Positions 28,504 through 32,000 of a stretch of 32,000 nt of DNA are shown here, piece by piece. How positions within the stretch are numbered: the stretch's first letter is position 1; the number at the start of each line of letters is the position of its first letter. The translations under genes and the position numbers were made by a program. The DNA is from Desulfobulbus propionicus DSM 2032 (GTDB lineage Bacteria > Desulfobacterota > Desulfobulbia > Desulfobulbales > Desulfobulbaceae). Below the pieces are notes generated by a model. That model saw nothing but the letters and a program-made list of their open reading frames with translations. It was not told where the DNA came from and did no database searches. The DNA lies in assembly GCF_000186885.1 (NCBI RefSeq), contig NC_014972.1, positions 450,001-482,000 on the forward strand, in the 5' to 3' direction.

Positions 28504-29598
28504 TTACGCGTTCTTGTTTCGCATGGTCAAGCCGATGAACAGGCACACCGCCAGCCCGACCACCACCGCCGCGATCCCATGGGGGCCGATACCGTTCGGG
28601 GTGCTGGCCAGTCCGAAATTATGGGCAAAGCCCGCGCCGACAATCATGCCCAAAACGAAAACGGCCGCGTCGCCATCCCCTTCGCCGGCGAGAAAGAGTT
28701 GCCGCCCCGGGCAGCCGCCGGCCAGGGAAAACGCGAGACCGGCCAAGCTCATGCCGGCAAAGTTCCACACATGCTGATTGTGCGCTATCGGCTGCCCGGT
28801 AAAGCCCGGATGGAACTGGCCGAGAAGCATGTTGGTGACCCACGCAAAAAAGATGAGACTGACAAAACCACTGAGCAAGTGGGTATGGCCAAACAGCAGG
28901 CCGTCGCGAATGGCGCCCATGGTGCAAAAACGGCTTCTCTGGGCAAGGATGCCGATGCCCACGCCGATGGCAAGCGAGACCCATAGCGGTGCGTGCATGG
29001 AACCTGGTCCCTTCAGGCTGTAGAAGAGAAACTCACTTTTCGCCTGACCTTCGGGTTGTGGCGCGATCAGCAGCAAGGCAAGGAAACCGAGCATGATCAG
29101 CGGCATGATCCAGCCCACGGCCGCGTGCGTCGAGTGGGTCCGGCCGAGAGTGTACCCCCGTTTCAACAGCAGGGTGCCGATCCAGATGCCGAACGTCAGG
29201 CCGGCAAGCCCCAGCAACGCGTTGCCGTCGCCGCCCGCCAATCGCAGCGCCGCCCTCCAGGGGCAACCGAGGAAAACCAGGGCCCCGATCATCGCGAAAG
29301 CTCCCAACACAAAACGAACAATGGGCGCCGAGCCCACGCGTGGACGAAACTCCTTGGCCAGATAGGCGGCAATCAATGCCCCAAGCACAAAACCGATGAT
29401 CTCGGGCCGGAGATACTGCACCACTTCCGCCCGGTGCAGGCCCAACGAGCCTGCAATGTCTCGTTCGAAGCAGGCCACGCAAATTCCCATGTTCGCGGGA
29501 TTGCCAAATTTCTGCAGAAAGGCCGCCAGGATGCCGATGATGGCACCCACGCCGACGATGCCCCACCTGGTGGCGAACACATTCTTCCCTCTCATCAA
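28504..29598 (-). CDS. yedE: YedE-family putative selenium transporter
   Basis: Multi-TM protein with GILAQRSRFCTMGAIRDGLLFG and LAGGCPGRQLFLAGEGDGDAAVF. Confidence 0.88.
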   Translation of the reverse strand: MMRGKNVFATRWGIVGVGAIIGILAAFLQKFGNPANMGICVACFERDIAGSLGLHRAEVVQYLRPEIIGFVLGALIAAYLAKEFRPRVGSAPIVRFVLGAFAMIGALVFLGCPWRAALRLAGGDGNALLGLAGLTFGIWIGTLLLKRGYTLGRTHSTHAAVGWIMPLIMLGFLALLLIAPQPEGQAKSEFLFYSLKGPGSMHAPLWVSLAIGVGIGILAQRSRFCTMGAIRDGLLFGHTHLLSGFVSLIFFAWVTNMLLGQFHPGFTGQPIAHNQHVWNFAGMSLAGLAFSLAGGCPGRQLFLAGEGDGDAAVFVLGMIVGAGFAHNFGLASTPNGIGPHGIAAVVVGLAVCLFIGLTMRNKNA

Positions 29599-29626
29599 TC
29601 ATTCCTCCTGCCTGCTATGATGCTGT

Positions 29627-29893
29627 TCAAGATTTTGCAAACGGACACGACAGGTCCGCGGCGCGGTAAATGTGCCGCTCCCCGCAACAGGGGCATGGGG
29701 CGGTGAGCACCACTTTTGCATCCAGTGTCTTGGCTCCATGCTCGTCCCGCACCACGCCGTTGTTCTCCCTTATCTCGAAATGGCAGCTGGTAAAATCCTG
29801 TCCGGTTCTCGGGCAGAGGAACAGCAAGGACATCATGGTTTGCTGCTGTTGTCGCAAGCGCTGAAACATCGTGGACCCATCGCCAAAAAGCAT
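29627..29893 (-). CDS. Small Cys-rich hypothetical protein (possible zinc-binding), first gene of the selenium cluster; start uncertain
   Basis: LTAPCPCCGERHIYRAADLSCPFAKS, with an upstream CP residue pair (LFLCPRTG). Confidence 0.55.
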   Translation of the reverse strand: MLFGDGSTMFQRLRQQQQTMMSLLFLCPRTGQDFTSCHFEIRENNGVVRDEHGAKTLDAKVVLTAPCPCCGERHIYRAADLSCPFAKS

Positions 29894-29943
29894 GTTGTCA
29901 AAAAAAGCGCCCTACGATATCATTGCGATCGTCAATAAGTCAA

Positions 29944-29958
29944 ATAGATTAAATCTAT
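29944..29958. promoter_or_regulatory. LysR-type operator candidate
   Basis: Perfect 15-nt inverted repeat ATAGATT-A-AATCTAT containing T-N11-A, between the selenium operon (minus) and tRNA-Sec (plus). Confidence 0.55.
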
Positions 29959-29998
29959 GCAAACCGTGGGGCTATCGGGAAACCCGGAGAGAAGAGTT

Positions 29999-30095
29999 GA
30001 CTGGTTGAGTTGGCTGGCGCCGGCCGCGGGCTTCAACCCCGTCGGGCCGCCTGTGCAAGGGCGGCCGTTTGGTTCGATTCCAAAACCAGTCTCCA
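29999..30095 (+). tRNA. selC: tRNA-Sec (anticodon UCA), CCA encoded
   Basis: GACTGGTT/AACCAGTC acceptor; 6-bp D stem GTTGGC/GCCGGC with 4-nt loop; anticodon arm GCGGG-CTTCAAC-CCCGT; long variable arm GGCCGCC/GGCGGCC; T loop TTCGATT; CCA end. Confidence 0.88.
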
Positions 30096-30354
30096 GCATA
30101 AGGAAACCACGGGAAAAAGCACCGGAAGGGCGGGTGGAGACAAGGAGTGGGAGGGCCGGATGGGGTGAGATTCGCGGGATGGCGCGATTGTGCTGACACT
30201 CCGTCCCCGCCCCGGAATCCATGGGCGGTTTGAGGCGTTGTCTACCGATGGCGCTTGAACCCGCTCCCAGGGAACGGATGCATGCGGAGCATGGCGAGGT
30301 TCCCGGCGCGGGGTGTCACCTGGAAGCGGATCGCCTGCTCCATCGTCGACACGG

Positions 30355-31275
30355 TCAATCCGTGCGGGAGGCCCCGCCTTCCCGCTCCGCTTGTGTCCGC
30401 AGATGCTTGACAAAGGCAGAAGCGGCGGGGTGAAGCGCTTTGTTTTTGCGGGTGACGAGAGAAAAGGGGCGTTCGCCCGAAACATCCTTCACGGAAAGGG
30501 CGACCAGCGAGCCGCGCTCCAACTCCGCCCGCACGGACCGGCGCGAGAGCATCGAAATTCCCACTCCGGCCTTGACCGCCTCCTTGACCGCCTCATTGGA
30601 GCCGAATTGCGCCACCTCCCGCAGGTCGGACTCCTTGTATCCCTTGTTTTCGAGAATGTGGGCGATATTCTTCCGGGTCCCCGAGCCTTGCTCCCTGAGA
30701 ACAAAGGGCTGGGCCAGCAACTCGCTGACAGGAATCGGTTGTCGGTCGATCAGGGCGCTGCCCGGCTGGGTGATCAGAACAAGGGTGTCGTGAAAAAGCG
30801 CCTGCCATTCGAGACCGCGCTCGTTCCAAATTCCCCCGACCAAGCCAAGGTCATATTCGCCATCAAGCACTTTTTTCGCGATGGCCCGTGAGCCGCTGAC
30901 ATGCACGATGGTTTTGATTTGCGGATACTGCTGGTGAAACATGCCGACGATTGCGGGGAGAATATAGGTTCCGGGAATACTGCTGGCACCGATGAGCAAA
31001 TTGCCGACAAACTGCCCGCTATAGTGAACAATGGCCTCCACGGCCTCCTGCTGCAGGCGGAGCATTCGGGTGGCATAGCTGTACAGAAGCTGTCCGACCG
31101 GGGTTGGTTCCACCTCCCGGCCAAGGCGATCGACCAATTTTTGGCCGAGTTCCTCCTCGAGATTCCGGATATGATCGCTCACCGTCGGTTGCGAAAGCTG
31201 CACCGCCTGAGCGGCCTTGGTAAAACTTCGCAGCTCGACGACCTTGCAAAATGCGTCAAGTTTTCGGATGTCCAT
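30355..31275 (-). CDS. LysR-family transcriptional regulator, selenium-metabolism-associated type
   Basis: HTH MDIRKLDAFCKVVELRSFTKAAQAVQLSQPTVSDHIRNLEEELG; effector domain; adjacent to yedE cluster and tRNA-Sec. Confidence 0.85.
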   Translation of the reverse strand: MDIRKLDAFCKVVELRSFTKAAQAVQLSQPTVSDHIRNLEEELGQKLVDRLGREVEPTPVGQLLYSYATRMLRLQQEAVEAIVHYSGQFVGNLLIGASSIPGTYILPAIVGMFHQQYPQIKTIVHVSGSRAIAKKVLDGEYDLGLVGGIWNERGLEWQALFHDTLVLITQPGSALIDRQPIPVSELLAQPFVLREQGSGTRKNIAHILENKGYKESDLREVAQFGSNEAVKEAVKAGVGISMLSRRSVRAELERGSLVALSVKDVSGERPFSLVTRKNKALHPAASAFVKHLRTQAEREGGASRTD

Positions 31276-31470
31276 TTCTGTTATCGATCATCAGAGGGGT
31301 CAGATTTGTGACCGTTTGGGGCCGCCCGCCTGCCGGGTGCCGCCGCAACCGGCCGCCGGGGCGTGCAGCTCGGGCTGTCCTTGACCTGTTCGGGGGCAGT
31401 GCCACAATCGCTCCCAGGGAAAGAAAAGAACCGTCCCACACGGTCACGGCAAGAGCGTTCTCCTTCTTTC

Positions 31471-32000
31471 TCAGCGTCCCGTACCCTTTTTTCGTATGCC
31501 CAGTCTGGTCGCCAGATTGTGCAGATTGCTCCTGTTCATGCCCAGTTCCCGGGCCGCTGCGGCCCAATTCCCTTGGTTTCTTTCCAGAGTTTCTTTGATG
31601 AGTCGAATCTCGTAGGCCTTGACCACAGCCTTCAGGGAGATCCCCTGGCGCCCGATGGCCAGAACTGGTTCGAGGGCACTCCGGGTCAAGGGAGCCTGCA
31701 CGTTGAGGTCGCCGCTGACAAAGGCCGGGGTGACCGTCACCTCCTTGCCGCCGAGTTGCGTGGCGGACGCCTTGAGCACGGATCGGGAAATGACGTTGTC
31801 CAATTCGCGAACATTGCCTGGCCAGGCGTAGCGCGTCAGCAGGTCCAGCGCCTCCTCGCTGATCCGCACCTGATGCAGGCCCAGATTGATTCGCGCTTTT
31901 TCGGCAAAAAAATCAGCGAGCAGGGGAACGTCCTCGCGCCGTTCCCTCAGAGGCGCCACGTTGATGGGGTAGACATTCAAGCGGTGATAGAGATCGGCTC
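31471..32000 (-). CDS. Sigma-54-dependent transcriptional activator, NorR-like C-terminal portion (truncated at window edge)
   Basis: Frame continues upstream as ADLYHRLNVYPINVAPLRERREDVPLL; YAWPGNVRELDNVI; HTH NWAAAARELGMNRSNLHNLATRLGI. Confidence 0.85.
   Translation of the reverse strand, partial: ADLYHRLNVYPINVAPLRERREDVPLLADFFAEKARINLGLHQVRISEEALDLLTRYAWPGNVRELDNVISRSVLKASATQLGGKEVTVTPAFVSGDLNVQAPLTRSALEPVLAIGRQGISLKAVVKAYEIRLIKETLERNQGNWAAAARELGMNRSNLHNLATRLGIRKKGTGR

Noticed and set aside
29627-29893. Terminal TGA of the small Cys protein read as selenocysteine in this selenium cluster
   Set aside because: Readthrough would add only three more residues (TAS) before TAG, and I found no convincing SECIS-like stem-loop immediately after; an ordinary stop is more likely.
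29932-30222. 96-aa minus-strand ORF (GFGIEPNGRPCTGGPTGLKPAAG...)
   Set aside because: It is the antisense translation of the tRNA-Sec; this type of spurious ORF arises from tRNA T-arm antisense sequence.
1-32000. CRISPR array, phage-defense island or biosynthetic gene cluster
   Set aside because: No regularly spaced repeats, no cas or recognisable defense genes, and no NRPS/PKS/RiPP enzymes were seen; the RecD2-type helicase stands alone and looks like a housekeeping gene.

Overview
High-GC 32 kb chromosomal segment. Its gene content (ilvBN, selenium/YedE genes, sigma-54 activator) suggests a Desulfobulbus-like deltaproteobacterium, but taxonomy is inference. Identifiable genes, start to end: truncated PflA-like radical SAM protein; ilvB and ilvN; AlaC-type aminotransferase; fused two-ATPase peptide ABC protein; DsrE-like protein; bacteriohemerythrin; uvrC; Bfd-like [2Fe-2S] protein; SRPBCC protein; DedA protein; uppP; AI-2E/PerM permease; tRNA-Pro; IS630 transposase remnant; tRNA-Val (minus); MscS channel; SLT lytic transglycosylase; esterase; a 611-aa orphan beta-rich protein next to a CLCA-like metalloprotease/VWA protein; recD2; a selenium-metabolism cluster (NnrD-like, DUF3343-like, TusA-like, YedE-like, small Cys protein) with an unannotated tRNA-Sec; LysR regulator; truncated NorR-like sigma-54 activator. 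The most notable signals are in RNA and leader regions. (1) A 33-aa Val/Leu leader peptide (MKTQSAIANIFALLALVVVVSVVVVVRTRFEAP) with a strong intrinsic terminator sits ahead of ilvBN. (2) A 21-aa Ala-rich leader peptide (MQHQVAAAAAMNPVHWRPAAL, five consecutive Ala codons) with competing hairpins and a terminator sits ahead of the AlaC-like transaminase; this is a candidate alanine attenuator. (3) A UCA-anticodon tRNA-Sec has an atypical 12-bp acceptor/T branch and U73. (4) A perfect LysR-type T-N11-A palindrome lies between tRNA-Sec and the selenium operon. No CRISPR array was seen.
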